This document shows positions 8,002-18,435 of a DNA stretch of 64,000 nucleotides, piece by piece (within the stretch, counting starts at the first letter, position 1; every line of letters starts with the position of its first letter). Origin of the DNA: Parcubacteria group bacterium Gr01-1014_3 (GTDB taxonomy: Bacteria > Patescibacteriota > Minisyncoccia > UBA6257 > WO2-44-18); assembly GCA_007376445.1 (NCBI GenBank), contig VMGF01000002.1, forward strand, positions 103,928-167,927, written 5' to 3'. Position numbers and translations under genes: made by a program. The notes beneath the pieces were generated by a model. The model was not told the origin of the DNA, did no database searches, and saw nothing but the letters and a program-made list of their open reading frames with translations.

Positions 8002-9450
8002 TTATATCTTATTTATTCTCTCATAATATTGCCCAATTCCCAAAATGTCGGCTTCGCGCCAATGCTTGCCGATCAGCTGAAAACCAATCGGTAATTTTCC
8101 TTCAACTTTCGCGGGAATTGATATTGCCGGCACCCCAGCCATATTCACAGGGATAGTAAAAATGTCTGAAAGATACATAGAAAGCGGGTCGCTGGTCTTC
8201 TCGCCAATCTTAAAAGCTGGAGTCGGAGAAACCGGGGTTAAAATCACGTCTACTTCCTTAAAGGCATTATCAAAATCTTGTCGCATCAGGCGGCGGACTT
8301 TTTGCGCCTTGGCGTAGTAGGCATCGTAATATCCGGAAGACAAAACGAAAGTTCCGAGAATCAAACGACGCTGAACCTCCGCGCCAAACCCATTACTCTT
8401 ATTTAATTTGTAGAGATCGATCAAATTCTTAGCATTTTTTCCGTGTTCACGAGTGCCATACCGGATGCCGTCGTAACGAGCCAGGTTGGAGCTGACCTCG
8501 GCCGGCATAATGATGTAGTAGCAAGAGATCGCGTGTTTCGTGTGCGGCAAGGTAATTTCTTTAAATTTGATTCCGAGAGTTTTCAAGCTGGCGATCACCT
8601 CATCCATCGCCTTCCGGACTTCCGGAGAAAGGCCGTCGATAAAATATTCGCTCGGAAGACCGATGGTCATATTTTTAATATCCTCGAGTTTTGGATTCAA
8701 AAGTTCGTCGCCGTAATTTACACGAACATTCGTGGAATCGTGCCGGTCTTTGGCCGCTAGGGCTTTAAAAAGAATCGCCGCGTCTTCCACGGTCTTAGTA
8801 ATCGGACCGATCTGATCTAAGCTCGAAGCCATAGCAATCGCGCCATGACGGGATACCGCGCCATAGGTCGGCTTCAACCCAACGACTCCGCAAAGACTGG
8901 CAGGCTGACGAATAGAACCGCCCGTGTCCGTACCGAGCGCGGCCAGGGCCATATTGTCGGCAACAGCAGCAGCCGAACCGCCCGAAGAACCTCCGGGAAC
9001 TCTTTCGAGATCATGCGGATTTTTCGTGATTTTAAACGCGGAATTTTCGGTGGAAGAACCCATCGCGAACTCATCCATATTAGTTTTGCCAAGAAAAACC
9101 GCTCCAGCTTTTTTCAGCTCCACAATTACGGCGGCGTCATAAGAGGCCGTGTAGTTTTCCAGCATCTTCGAGGCGGCGGTCGCCGGTAAACCTTTTATGA
9201 GAATATTGTCCTTAATCGCCATCGGCACTCCAGCCAACGCGCCCACCTCCTCTCCCCTCGCGATCGCCAAATCCGCCTGCTCGGCCTGCTGGTAGGCCTG
9301 ATCCTTGGCGGTACTCAAAAACGCTCCGATCTCCGGATCGCGAACTTCGATGTATTTTAAATAAGCCTGCGCGATCTCAAGCGCGGTAAATTCTTTTTTA
9401 ACTAACCCCTCATGAAAACTTTTAATTGTCAGGTTGTGTAGGCTGTGCAT
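8002..9450 (-). CDS. gatA: Asp/Glu-tRNA amidotransferase subunit A
   Basis: KDNI, GKTNMDEFAMGSSTENS, PGGSSGGS and DTGGSIRQPA amidase signature; start placed at MHSLHN. Confidence 0.96.
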   Translation of the reverse strand: MHSLHNLTIKSFHEGLVKKEFTALEIAQAYLKYIEVRDPEIGAFLSTAKDQAYQQAEQADLAIARGEEVGALAGVPMAIKDNILIKGLPATAASKMLENYTASYDAAVIVELKKAGAVFLGKTNMDEFAMGSSTENSAFKITKNPHDLERVPGGSSGGSAAAVADNMALAALGTDTGGSIRQPASLCGVVGLKPTYGAVSRHGAIAMASSLDQIGPITKTVEDAAILFKALAAKDRHDSTNVRVNYGDELLNPKLEDIKNMTIGLPSEYFIDGLSPEVRKAMDEVIASLKTLGIKFKEITLPHTKHAISCYYIIMPAEVSSNLARYDGIRYGTREHGKNAKNLIDLYKLNKSNGFGAEVQRRLILGTFVLSSGYYDAYYAKAQKVRRLMRQDFDNAFKEVDVILTPVSPTPAFKIGEKTSDPLSMYLSDIFTIPVNMAGVPAISIPAKVEGKLPIGFQLIGKHWREADILGIGQYYERINKI

Positions 9451-9459
9451 TTTATACTC

Positions 9460-9541
9460 CACTAATATACGAATATAGCGCGGATATACCAATTCGCGAA
9501 TTGGTATATTGGTATATTAGTGCTTGATTAGTCATATTGGT
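9460..9541. repeat. Inverted array of short degenerate repeats with central palindrome
   Basis: ATATACCAATTCGCGAATTGGTATAT palindrome at 9484-9509 with flanking ACTAATAT/ATATTAGT-like units. Confidence 0.65.
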
Positions 9542-9546
9542 GAAGT

Positions 9547-9837
9547 TTACTCGAATACTGGCGGAACTTTAAGGTGCCGGTTTTGTTTATCCGGAAAAGC
9601 ATCGACGACTTCCTCCGCGCCAAGTCTTTCTCGAACCGCGTCTTCCCTGAAAATATTCTTCAGATCCGTGCCGCCGGTCATCGGCAAAACACCTTCGGTA
9701 TTTAAAGCCTGTAACTCCTGGAAATGGTTCAAAATATTCTGGAGATCGTGAAGTAATTTTTCTTCCTTTTTCTCATCGAGATGGATTCTGGCCAGATCCG
9801 CCAGGTGCTCAAGTGATTTTTTATTGATAGCGTCCAT
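9547..9837 (-). CDS. gatC: Asp/Glu-tRNA amidotransferase subunit C
   Basis: HLADLARI, FRED and KVP motifs; directly upstream of gatA. Confidence 0.92.
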   Translation of the reverse strand: MDAINKKSLEHLADLARIHLDEKKEEKLLHDLQNILNHFQELQALNTEGVLPMTGGTDLKNIFREDAVRERLGAEEVVDAFPDKQNRHLKVPPVFE

Positions 9838-9910
9838 GCCTAGTATTTTACAGGAAAAGCTGGGTTTTTCAAATAAAAAATCCCCGCTTTACGCGGGGAA
9901 ATTTGTTAAC

Positions 9911-11209
9911 TTACTTCTTTTTCTTCTTTTTGTCCGTGAACTGTTCTTCTTCGGTCGATCCCTTCATAGCCTTCAGGGTTGCCTTGCCGCCAGAAACTAA
10001 ATCCAAGATTGCGTCAAAATACTTTGTGCCGACGACTTCCTGATGGCGCAGGCCTTCATAACCAAACTCTTCGCCTTTCATTTCTTCCTGCTGAATCTCA
10101 GCGTAAGCTGCCATGCCACGCTGAAGATATTGCCGAGAAGCTATGAAGCTCATGAGATTCACGAGATGCCATCCGAACAGAGTCACGAACTGGAACTTAT
10201 ATCCAAGCTTCCCAAGGTCATCCTGAAAAGATTCGATTCGCTTCATAATTTCATCCATCCCTATCGGATCGGCGACATTAAGCTTGTACTTCTTAGCAAA
10301 GAAGTCTACCCATTTGAAAGATGGCGAACAGTTGTAAGCCAAGGGCTTTCCGGGAAATTTCGCGTGAACTTTTTCAGCCACATACCGCGCGTCATCGAGA
10401 TCCGGAGTCGCCGTCTCGCACCAGAGCATTTCCGCGTAAGGCGCGTAAGCCAGCAGTCGTTCAACCGCGAGTTCGAAACCGCCTTTGATCTCATAGAAAC
10501 CTTCGGGGGTCCGCTTGCCGGTCAAGAATGGACGGTCGCGATCATCAATATCGCTGGTAATGTGGCCCGCTTTTTCGGCATCGGTCCGGGCGATAATCAC
10601 CGTAGGAACTTTCAGAATATCCGCCGCTAGACGAGCCTGCTTAAGTTTTTCAATATGCTCCCTGACGGGGACCATGATCTTTCCGCCCAAGTGACCGCAC
10701 TTCTTTCGCGTGGAATCCTGGTCTTCCAGGTGAATCGCCGCCGCCCCTGCGTTAATCAGCATTTTTGTAAGTTCGAAAGTGCTGTTCAGTCCAGCTTCGG
10801 CATCAGCCACAATCGGCACGAACCAGTTTTTCGTATCGTCGCCAGCAAGATGCTTTCGTTCATCTTCACGCTGTAGCGCGTTATTGATTCTGGCCACATG
10901 CGCCGGAACACTGTTCAGCGGATACAAACTCATATCCGGATAGGTTTGACCGGCCAGATTCATGTCTGCCGCAACCTGCCATCCACTGACGTAAATCGCC
11001 TTCATACCGGCGCGCACCATCTGTACGGCCATCGAGCCAGTCAAGGCGCCGAAGCTTTTCACATAATCATTGCCGCTGATCAGTTTACGGAAGTTTTCCG
11101 CGCCACGTCGAGCAGTTTCAATCCCTTCATAACGAACCGTGCCGCTGACACTATCAAGCTGCTTGTTGGTATATGGACGGATCGGAACAAAATTCTTCTT
11201 CTTAGCCAT
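9911..11209 (-). CDS. aceA: Isocitrate lyase
   Basis: SGWQVAAD, PIVADAEAG, KKCGHLGGK signature, ARTDA, YNCSPSF, HQEVVGT. Confidence 0.95.
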   Translation of the reverse strand: MAKKKNFVPIRPYTNKQLDSVSGTVRYEGIETARRGAENFRKLISGNDYVKSFGALTGSMAVQMVRAGMKAIYVSGWQVAADMNLAGQTYPDMSLYPLNSVPAHVARINNALQREDERKHLAGDDTKNWFVPIVADAEAGLNSTFELTKMLINAGAAAIHLEDQDSTRKKCGHLGGKIMVPVREHIEKLKQARLAADILKVPTVIIARTDAEKAGHITSDIDDRDRPFLTGKRTPEGFYEIKGGFELAVERLLAYAPYAEMLWCETATPDLDDARYVAEKVHAKFPGKPLAYNCSPSFKWVDFFAKKYKLNVADPIGMDEIMKRIESFQDDLGKLGYKFQFVTLFGWHLVNLMSFIASRQYLQRGMAAYAEIQQEEMKGEEFGYEGLRHQEVVGTKYFDAILDLVSGGKATLKAMKGSTEEEQFTDKKKKKK

Positions 11210-12776
11210 TCTTGGCCTCCTTTTCCAGCTTGAGTAGCTTCTCATAGGCTGGGATGGTTAAAAAATCAATGAACTTCGGACTAGTGGCAACTTTGGCAAA
11301 AATCTTAACGGCTTCTGGAAAACGGCCGCTCGTATTCTTACCAAACTCCCTCTTTATAAGCTGGAGAACCAGCTTTTTTGTCACTCGCTTGCCGTTCGTC
11401 ATTTTGACGCGATGCCTGGCCCAGTGCCAAACCTGGCCGCCGGAAACATGCGCTGTGGCCAAATCTTCCATTCGATTTTTCTGCGCCACGCAGCCGATCT
11501 TCCTCAGCCAAGCCTCCAGATAAGAAATGCCAGCCTGAATATTCTCCAGCAGACCATCCTTGGTAACCTCGCCAGCGACTGGCTCAAGAAGTTCTTCCTG
11601 GCCAACCCGAATGTTGATCTCGTGATTCAATTGATTCGGTCCGGGCATCAGCCTGTCAGCAACTTTTTGCGCGACCGGAACATAAGCCGGATGAGCGACC
11701 CAGGTGCCGTCGTAACCAATTGAGAACTCGCGAACTTTATCTGCCTCGGTCTTGGACTCAGCAAACTGATTCCATTCCGGATTATCTTTCGCCGGAATAA
11801 ATGCCGACATCCCGCCGATGGCGTGAGCGCCGCGTCGATGGCAAGTCTGGACCAGTAAGCTCGCGTAAGCCGCGAGAAAACCCTTATCCATGGTCACTAA
11901 TCCGCGATCAGGCAAAACCCGATCTTTGTGTTCACGAAGTTTCTTTATGTAGCTGAAGATATAATCCCAGCGACCGGCGTTCAAACCAGCCGAGTGATCG
12001 CTCAGCGCGTAAAGGATCTCATGCATCTCAAAAGCCGCAGGCAAGGTTTCGATCAGAACCGTGGCCTTGATAGTGCCGTGAGGAATCATGAGCGTCGATT
12101 CGGTGAAGGAAAAAACATTGTCCCAAAGCCCGGCCTCTTCACGACTCTCCATTTTCGGGAGATAGAAATACGGCGCGGAACCTCTGGCGAAGAGCTCGTG
12201 AGCGTTATGATAAACGAACAGGCCGAAATCAAACAAAGATGCCGACACCGGCCGTCCGTGAACTTGCATGTGCTTTTCCAAAAGATGCCAGCCGCGAGGC
12301 CGCACCATAAGAACCGCCCGCTTTTCATTGAGTTTATATTCTTTGCCTTCGGGATTCGTGTAAGTCAATTCACCACGAATAGCGCGATAAAGATTCAATT
12401 GGCCCTGAATTATATTTTCGTAAGTTGGGCACAGTGAATCTTCGAAATCGCTCATGTAAACTTTGGCGCCGGAATTGTAGCCATGGATAACCATCTTGGC
12501 GTCGTTGGCAGGACCAGCAATTTCCACTCGCCGATCACAAAGATCGAACGGAGCGGGATTTACTTTCCATTCGCCAGATCGTAGAACTTCGGTTTCCGGA
12601 AGAAAATCCGGCAACTCACCCTTATCAAATCGGCGCTGTCTGACGGCGCGTTTCTGAAGCAAGAGGACTCGTTCACGGTTAAATTTCTTCTGAAGCTCGG
12701 CCACAAAAAGAAGCGCGTGCGGACTAAGAATATGCTGATATTCCGCGGAAACGCTCTCGGTTAAATCGATTCTCAA
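11202..12776 (-). CDS. aceB: Malate synthase A
   Basis: DFEDS, VRPRGWH, YLPKMES, LIETLPA, GRWDYIFS, GGMSA and DGTWVAHP motifs; AGGAGG SD. Confidence 0.95.
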   Translation of the reverse strand: MRIDLTESVSAEYQHILSPHALLFVAELQKKFNRERVLLLQKRAVRQRRFDKGELPDFLPETEVLRSGEWKVNPAPFDLCDRRVEIAGPANDAKMVIHGYNSGAKVYMSDFEDSLCPTYENIIQGQLNLYRAIRGELTYTNPEGKEYKLNEKRAVLMVRPRGWHLLEKHMQVHGRPVSASLFDFGLFVYHNAHELFARGSAPYFYLPKMESREEAGLWDNVFSFTESTLMIPHGTIKATVLIETLPAAFEMHEILYALSDHSAGLNAGRWDYIFSYIKKLREHKDRVLPDRGLVTMDKGFLAAYASLLVQTCHRRGAHAIGGMSAFIPAKDNPEWNQFAESKTEADKVREFSIGYDGTWVAHPAYVPVAQKVADRLMPGPNQLNHEINIRVGQEELLEPVAGEVTKDGLLENIQAGISYLEAWLRKIGCVAQKNRMEDLATAHVSGGQVWHWARHRVKMTNGKRVTKKLVLQLIKREFGKNTSGRFPEAVKIFAKVATSPKFIDFLTIPAYEKLLKLEKEAKNG

Positions 12777-12809
12777 TTGCCACCTCCTATTTAAAGGACT
12801 GCGCCTATC

Positions 12810-13286
12810 TTAAAATTTTTTAGCCTCTCCGTCAATGCGTCTGAGCAATAGATAAGACACCACATAAACACCCGCCGTGCTAAAAATCGAAGCTAAGCAA
12901 TATATACAAAGCGCGACGATCACGAAAGCCTGAAGATATAAAAGCGCCATCGAGATCAAAAATCCCAGGAATGACAATTGAAAAATCCGAAGCAGGGTTG
13001 GCCGGCGGCCTTTATCCAAATACCAAACCGACATCACTACTAACGCCAGATAATACAAAGCCCCGATCAACGCCAGTGGCACGCCAAGAACGATCGAGTA
13101 TTCGCTGGTCAAAACTATTTCACAGCCCTCGAGAAGCGTGCACGGCGGGATCTCCCCCATATAATGTAAGGCCGTCAAATAAGCCGTATCGGCAAAGCCT
13201 ATAAGCGCGAAGACCAAAAGTCCGGCTACTAATATTTTACTTTGCCAAATCGATCTCAGATTGGATGGTTGATTTGAATTCATCAT
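12810..13286 (-). CDS. Vitamin K epoxide reductase (VKOR) family protein
   Basis: Loop cysteines C...GC..VL.S.Y and TM CIYC motif. Confidence 0.88.
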   Translation of the reverse strand: MMNSNQPSNLRSIWQSKILVAGLLVFALIGFADTAYLTALHYMGEIPPCTLLEGCEIVLTSEYSIVLGVPLALIGALYYLALVVMSVWYLDKGRRPTLLRIFQLSFLGFLISMALLYLQAFVIVALCIYCLASIFSTAGVYVVSYLLLRRIDGEAKKF

Positions 13287-13887
13287 AGTTATTCGGAACG
13301 TTTAATTTTCGGCCATTAAGATAGAAAGTCGGAGTGGCATTTACGCCTAAGGCTAAACCGCTCTGAAAATCAGCTTCGACTTTGGTTTTTAAAACCGGAT
13401 CTTTTAGGTCCAACGCGTATCGGATCAGATCCAATTCAAGTTGCCGGGCGTAGCCCTCAAAAATCTCAACGCCCACCGCGGAATTAGTCCAGGTGATCTG
13501 ATTATCAAAGATCATCCTATACATTTCCCAAAATTTTCCCTGCTTGCCGGCCGCTTCCGCCGCCATTGCCGCCGGGCGGGCATAAACGTGCTGATTCAAT
13601 GGGAAATGGCGGTATACGAAAGCGAAATTTGCGCCTAAATCTTCGATCAGTTTTTCAACCGCCGGAAAATACGCGGCGCAGGCTGGGCATTGAAAATCAC
13701 TATACTCTACTAGTACAACCTTGGCGTCCTTACTCCCCCGAATCCAATCAGAGGCAGTGATAGTTTTTGCGTCACCCAGAACGTGGTCGCCCATATCGCC
13801 AGGACCGCTGGCCGCGCGGGAGACTACAAGCACTAGGATTGCTAAAATAATCGCTGTAGAAACCCAGATAACTGAACTCTTTTTCAT
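13237..13887 (-). CDS. DsbA-family thiol-disulfide oxidoreductase
   Basis: EYSDFQCPAC, YRHFPL and GVNATPTF motifs. Confidence 0.9.
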   Translation of the reverse strand: MKKSSVIWVSTAIILAILVLVVSRAASGPGDMGDHVLGDAKTITASDWIRGSKDAKVVLVEYSDFQCPACAAYFPAVEKLIEDLGANFAFVYRHFPLNQHVYARPAAMAAEAAGKQGKFWEMYRMIFDNQITWTNSAVGVEIFEGYARQLELDLIRYALDLKDPVLKTKVEADFQSGLALGVNATPTFYLNGRKLNVPNNYDEFKSTIQSEIDLAK

Positions 13888-13917
13888 AATAGCTATGCTG
13901 ACACCGATATTATACCA

Positions 13918-14649
13918 CTAAAGGCTTAATCCGGTAAACTGATGCACTAAAAAACCAATCAAGTAAGCCATACTCGCGGCAAAGCCGCCGGTTAAAAGCA
14001 TTTGAAGGCCGTTTTTGAAAAATCCCCCACCGGTAATACTCACACGCGAACCGCCGACGACAAAAAGCGCCAAGCCGGTCAAAGCCATCGAGGCATAAAA
14101 ACCAGTATCGCCGCTGTAGCCAAAAAGATACGGCAGGATCGGGATCAAGCCGATGATGGCAAAGGAAAAGAAGGTGGTGATGGCGTGTCGGATCGGAGTG
14201 GATTTGATATCTTCCTCCGGAATGATCCCCAACTCTCCGATAAGCATCTCGTTAACCCAAACTTTTTTGTCAGCGGCGAGAATCTGCACGGCCCGCTCAA
14301 GATCAGCTCCTTGAAATCCTTTTTTAATATAAATATCCCTCAACTCCTGCAACTCCTCCTCCGGCTTTGTTATGATCTCCTCACCTTCAATGCGTTTTTG
14401 CTCAAGCTCAAAGTCTTGGCGGGACTTGATACCCAGATAATTACTGGTCGCCATGGAAAATCCGTCAGCCACCAGATTAGCAAATCCTAATATTAAAATA
14501 ACCGAGGCCGAAATACCGGCTCCAGCGGAAGCGGCGATAATCGCGAAGGTGGTAATGATGCCGTCATTCGCGCCGTAAACAAAATCCGCGATATACCGAC
14601 CGGCCGTCGCCAAATGCCTGACTTCTTTTTTATGATCCTGATGATCCAT
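13918..14649 (-). CDS. VIT1/CCC1 Fe/Mn transporter family
   Basis: VYGANDGIIT and ADGFSMA motifs. Confidence 0.9.
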   Translation of the reverse strand: MDHQDHKKEVRHLATAGRYIADFVYGANDGIITTFAIIAASAGAGISASVILILGFANLVADGFSMATSNYLGIKSRQDFELEQKRIEGEEIITKPEEELQELRDIYIKKGFQGADLERAVQILAADKKVWVNEMLIGELGIIPEEDIKSTPIRHAITTFFSFAIIGLIPILPYLFGYSGDTGFYASMALTGLALFVVGGSRVSITGGGFFKNGLQMLLTGGFAASMAYLIGFLVHQFTGLSL

Positions 14650-14670
14650 TATTTTTTAGAATACCACGTT

Positions 14671-15888
14671 TTATTCGTACCGCAGAGCTTCGATCGGATT
14701 CAAATTCGCGGCGCGGCGCGCCGGATAATATCCGAAAATAATTCCGATCGCGGCGCAAACCCCGAAGGCAATAATGATCGCCATCAACGAAACGCTGGTC
14801 GCGATTCCGGCAAAGGTAGAAACAGCGACCGAGATCAGCCATCCCAAAATAATTCCGATCAGGCCGCCCATGAAAGTCAGCATCAGCGCTTCCGCCAAAA
14901 ATTGGCGGCTAATGTCGAGTTTTTTCGCGCCGATAGCTTTCCGCAAGCCTATCTCGCGAGTCCGCTCAGTAACGGTGGTCAGCATCATATTCATAATGCC
15001 AATACCGCCGACAAGCAAAGAAATACCGGCCACGAACGCCAAGAACATCGTGAAGGTGGTGGTCACTTGATTCAAAGTTCCCAGGATATCCGCCTGTGAG
15101 ATGATCGAAAAATCCGGTTCCGCCGGATCCACCCGGTGCTTCATCGCTAAAACGAATGTCACCTCGTCTTTGACCTGCGCCATCAGATCTTTATCCGCCA
15201 CGCTGACAGAAACCGTGGAAAGATAGTTATCGCCAACCAGAATTTTTTGCATAGTCGAGAGAGGCACAAAAACCGCGTCGTCCTGACCGCCGAATCCGGC
15301 GCCTCCTTTAGCTTCTAAAAGACCGATGACCTTAAAGTTGATTCCGCCAATACGAACCGTCTTGCCAACCGGATCAACTTCACCAAAAAGATCGGCGGCG
15401 GCCGTGGCGCCCAGCACCGCTACCCGCGCCAGACTGCGTGATTGATTTTCATTTATAAATACTCCGCTGGAAAGTTTTAAATTCTTAACGATCGTATATT
15501 CCGGACCAACGCCAAAGACGGTGGAATTGGTGTTATTGCCGACTTGTGAAACTATCTGAAACCGCCTACTTAACTCCGGCGCCACGGAAGCCACGCCTTC
15601 CACCGCGCGAAGTATATTCACATCTTCATTCTTCAAACTTTGCGCGGAGCCTCGGCCAGATGACACAATTCCCCGGCCAGGTTGAACCACGCCCGGGAAA
15701 ATTGTAAGTAAGTTAGAGCCTAACCCTTCGATACTGGACTGGATCACACCCTGCGCTCCTTGTCCGATCGAGACCATCGAGATCACAGAGGCAATGCCGA
15801 TCACAATACCAAGCGTGGTTAAGCTAGACCGCACCTTATTGGACGTTAAAGCTCGGTATGTCTCATGTAATATGTCGGAAATTGGCAT
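14671..15888 (-). CDS. MacB-like ABC transporter permease
   Basis: RSSLTTLGIVIG, GGIGIMNMM.TVTERTREIG.RKAIGA, P.EALRYE. Confidence 0.9.
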   Translation of the reverse strand: MPISDILHETYRALTSNKVRSSLTTLGIVIGIASVISMVSIGQGAQGVIQSSIEGLGSNLLTIFPGVVQPGRGIVSSGRGSAQSLKNEDVNILRAVEGVASVAPELSRRFQIVSQVGNNTNSTVFGVGPEYTIVKNLKLSSGVFINENQSRSLARVAVLGATAAADLFGEVDPVGKTVRIGGINFKVIGLLEAKGGAGFGGQDDAVFVPLSTMQKILVGDNYLSTVSVSVADKDLMAQVKDEVTFVLAMKHRVDPAEPDFSIISQADILGTLNQVTTTFTMFLAFVAGISLLVGGIGIMNMMLTTVTERTREIGLRKAIGAKKLDISRQFLAEALMLTFMGGLIGIILGWLISVAVSTFAGIATSVSLMAIIIAFGVCAAIGIIFGYYPARRAANLNPIEALRYE

Positions 15889-15892
15889 AATG

Positions 15893-16576
15893 TTATTTTT
15901 TAATTTCGTCAGATATAATCTGTCCATCGCGGATCTGAATAATTCGCCTGGCGTGTTCGGCAACCTCTCGCTCGTGCGTGATCAGCACGATCGTGCGGCC
16001 GTGCTTTTCGTTTAATTCCTGGAAAGTTTGGAGAACCGCCTCGCCAGTCTTGCTGTCCAGATTGCCGGTCGGTTCGTCGGCCAAGATCAGCGCCGGGTTG
16101 TTCACTAAAGCCCGCGCGATCGCGACCCTCTGCATCATGCCGCCGGAAAGTTGATTGGAATAGTGATTCCAAAAGCCTTCTGGAAAAGCCGCGCCCCGCA
16201 AAGCTGATTTGGCCATTTCTTCCCGTTTTTCAGTAGGAACACCGGCATAGGCCAGCGGCAACATCACGTTCCGCAAAACCGAAGTTCTCGGAAGTAAATT
16301 AAAGGACTGAAAAACGAAACCGATCTTTTTGGTGCGGATTACCGCGAGTTCATCATCGGTAAGCCTTGAGACATCCTGACCATCAATCCAATACTGGCCT
16401 TCGGTTGGCGTGTCTAAGGCGCCTAAAATATGCATCAAAGTAGACTTTCCTGAACCGGACGGCCCCATAATTGCCACGAATTCTCCGTCGTTTATTTTAA
16501 ATGAAGCATTTTTAAGAACCCGCGTTTCTAAATTGCCGCTTTTATAGGCCTTGCTTATGTTCTTGCATTCGAGCAT
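15893..16576 (-). CDS. ABC transporter ATP-binding protein (MacB/LolD-like)
   Basis: [24 protein letters not shown]. Confidence 0.93.
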   Translation of the reverse strand: MLECKNISKAYKSGNLETRVLKNASFKINDGEFVAIMGPSGSGKSTLMHILGALDTPTEGQYWIDGQDVSRLTDDELAVIRTKKIGFVFQSFNLLPRTSVLRNVMLPLAYAGVPTEKREEMAKSALRGAAFPEGFWNHYSNQLSGGMMQRVAIARALVNNPALILADEPTGNLDSKTGEAVLQTFQELNEKHGRTIVLITHEREVAEHARRIIQIRDGQIISDEIKK

Positions 16577-16585
16577 GAGAATGAT

Positions 16586-18343
16586 TTATCTGACCTGAAC
16601 CCTGAAACCACCGTTGGATGATCCGCCAGTCGTACGAACGCCCGTGGCCGGAGCGCCGAATAAAGAATTTTGCTGAGCTCGCGGAGCTGAATTGGCTTGG
16701 ATTTCCCGCACCACGATCTTATCTCCTTCCTCCGCGCCGTTTAGGATTTCCACGAACTCATCATTAGAATCCCCTATCTCGATGATCTGCTGGCGGGCCG
16801 GATTTTCTAAAAGAACCGCGCCGATATTCGCGCCAGCGGAAAGATTAGTCGTCAATTCCCCATCAATGACCTCTACATAACTAACCAGACCCCTCTGCTT
16901 GACCGCGGCGCTCGGCGCCAGTAATACGCCCAATTTTTCCAGCGTGGCGATTTCCACTGTCACGCTCATACCAGGCTTGATCTGAGTATTTCCTGCTTCA
17001 AAGGAAACCTTGGCATTATAGGTAACCACTCCCTGAGAAACGGTGCCGATACCATCTATTTCGGCCACCAATCCACTAAGTTTTAATTCTGGAAGCGCGT
17101 CAAAGGTCAGCGTGGCTTTTTGTCCGGCCTGAACTTTAGCGGCATCAACTTCGTTCAAAGAAATTTCGGCGATCTGCTGACGGGTCACCAAGGTAGCGAT
17201 GACCGTGCCGCTGGAAACCGTGTCAGATTTTTTTACGGAGATCTTAGCGAGAATTCCCGCGAATGGCGCTCGGATATAACAATCGGCTAATTTTTTCTTC
17301 GCGTCCCCTAGCCCGTTAGTAGCTCGCTCCACCTCCCACCGCTGAGATTTAATATCAAAACCCGCGTTCACCAGATTTTCTTTATTGTCTTGGATTCCAT
17401 TGCGAGCGCTGGAAAGAGCGGAAAAGTGCTTACTTATCTTGCCGTAGTAATCGTTCAATGTTTCCAGATGGCTAACCGATGTTTGATTCGGAGAAATTTT
17501 GTCCGCCACTAAAGAATCATGATAGGCCTGAATCAGATCTAGGGCGCTCTTCACGGCCTCTGAGATGGATTTTACGGCCTTATATATATCACCAGTCGCT
17601 TGATCAAGAGATGCCTGATCGGAAGATAAAGAAATTAACTTATACGACTTAAAAGCTGAATCATAATCTGCCTTAGCTTCTTTATATTCTTTCTGAACTT
17701 TTTCTTTAAGTAAATTACCATTAGAACCATAAGCGGTTACCATGTCCGCGTAATAAGCCATATTCCATTGTTCCGAATTGCCAAAGTCAGTGCCATACAA
17801 CAAACGTTCTAGTCCGGAAACTATGCCCGGCAAATCCAGAAAAGAAGCCGTCGCGACGCCTAGCGCGTTATCATATGCTTCCACCAAGCCTTCATTGGCC
17901 TGATCTTCGGCGCCCCGATAAACGACAGAAGCGTTTTCTATACCCTCTAACTTTTGGAGAGATATGTTCGCCTTCTCTAAATTCAACTGAGCATCACGCA
18001 CGGCTTTCTCGGCGTCCGTATAATCCACGATCGCGATCAGTTGGCCCGCGTAAACTTCCTGGCCAGTCGTCACGCCGACATAAACCACATCACCGCTGGT
18101 TTTAGGCTTAACTTCCAGTTGATTTGAGGCCAAAACCTGCCCGCTACCGGAAATTGAAACGACAAGATCCCCACGATAAACCTGCGCCACTAAATAGCGG
18201 GGATCGGCGGAACCGCCAAAGAGAGCGCCGCCAATAAAATAAATCACTAAAATTGCCATGAACGCGATACCCGATGACATTAATTTCCGCTCCATGATTT
18301 TTTTAAACAAACCTATCTTGAACGCGATTATTTTATTCATCAT
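16586..18343 (-). CDS. Membrane fusion (MacA/HlyD-like) adaptor with long coiled coil
   Basis: N-terminal TM, IRAPFAG, NEVD, KPGMS; in an operon with the ABC genes. Confidence 0.85.
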   Translation of the reverse strand: MMNKIIAFKIGLFKKIMERKLMSSGIAFMAILVIYFIGGALFGGSADPRYLVAQVYRGDLVVSISGSGQVLASNQLEVKPKTSGDVVYVGVTTGQEVYAGQLIAIVDYTDAEKAVRDAQLNLEKANISLQKLEGIENASVVYRGAEDQANEGLVEAYDNALGVATASFLDLPGIVSGLERLLYGTDFGNSEQWNMAYYADMVTAYGSNGNLLKEKVQKEYKEAKADYDSAFKSYKLISLSSDQASLDQATGDIYKAVKSISEAVKSALDLIQAYHDSLVADKISPNQTSVSHLETLNDYYGKISKHFSALSSARNGIQDNKENLVNAGFDIKSQRWEVERATNGLGDAKKKLADCYIRAPFAGILAKISVKKSDTVSSGTVIATLVTRQQIAEISLNEVDAAKVQAGQKATLTFDALPELKLSGLVAEIDGIGTVSQGVVTYNAKVSFEAGNTQIKPGMSVTVEIATLEKLGVLLAPSAAVKQRGLVSYVEVIDGELTTNLSAGANIGAVLLENPARQQIIEIGDSNDEFVEILNGAEEGDKIVVREIQANSAPRAQQNSLFGAPATGVRTTGGSSNGGFRVQVR

Positions 18344-18435
18344 ATTTTAGACAAATTATACAACTTTGTCGCTAAATTAACAATGAGTAAGAAAAGCTGG
18401 TTAAAAATATCCGGCTTCGTGCTATAATCATTTTC

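Noticed and set aside
10043-12437. Long antisense ORFs over aceA/aceB, and similar ones over copB, thiF and ALDH
   Set aside because: Shadows of well-supported genes on the opposite strand
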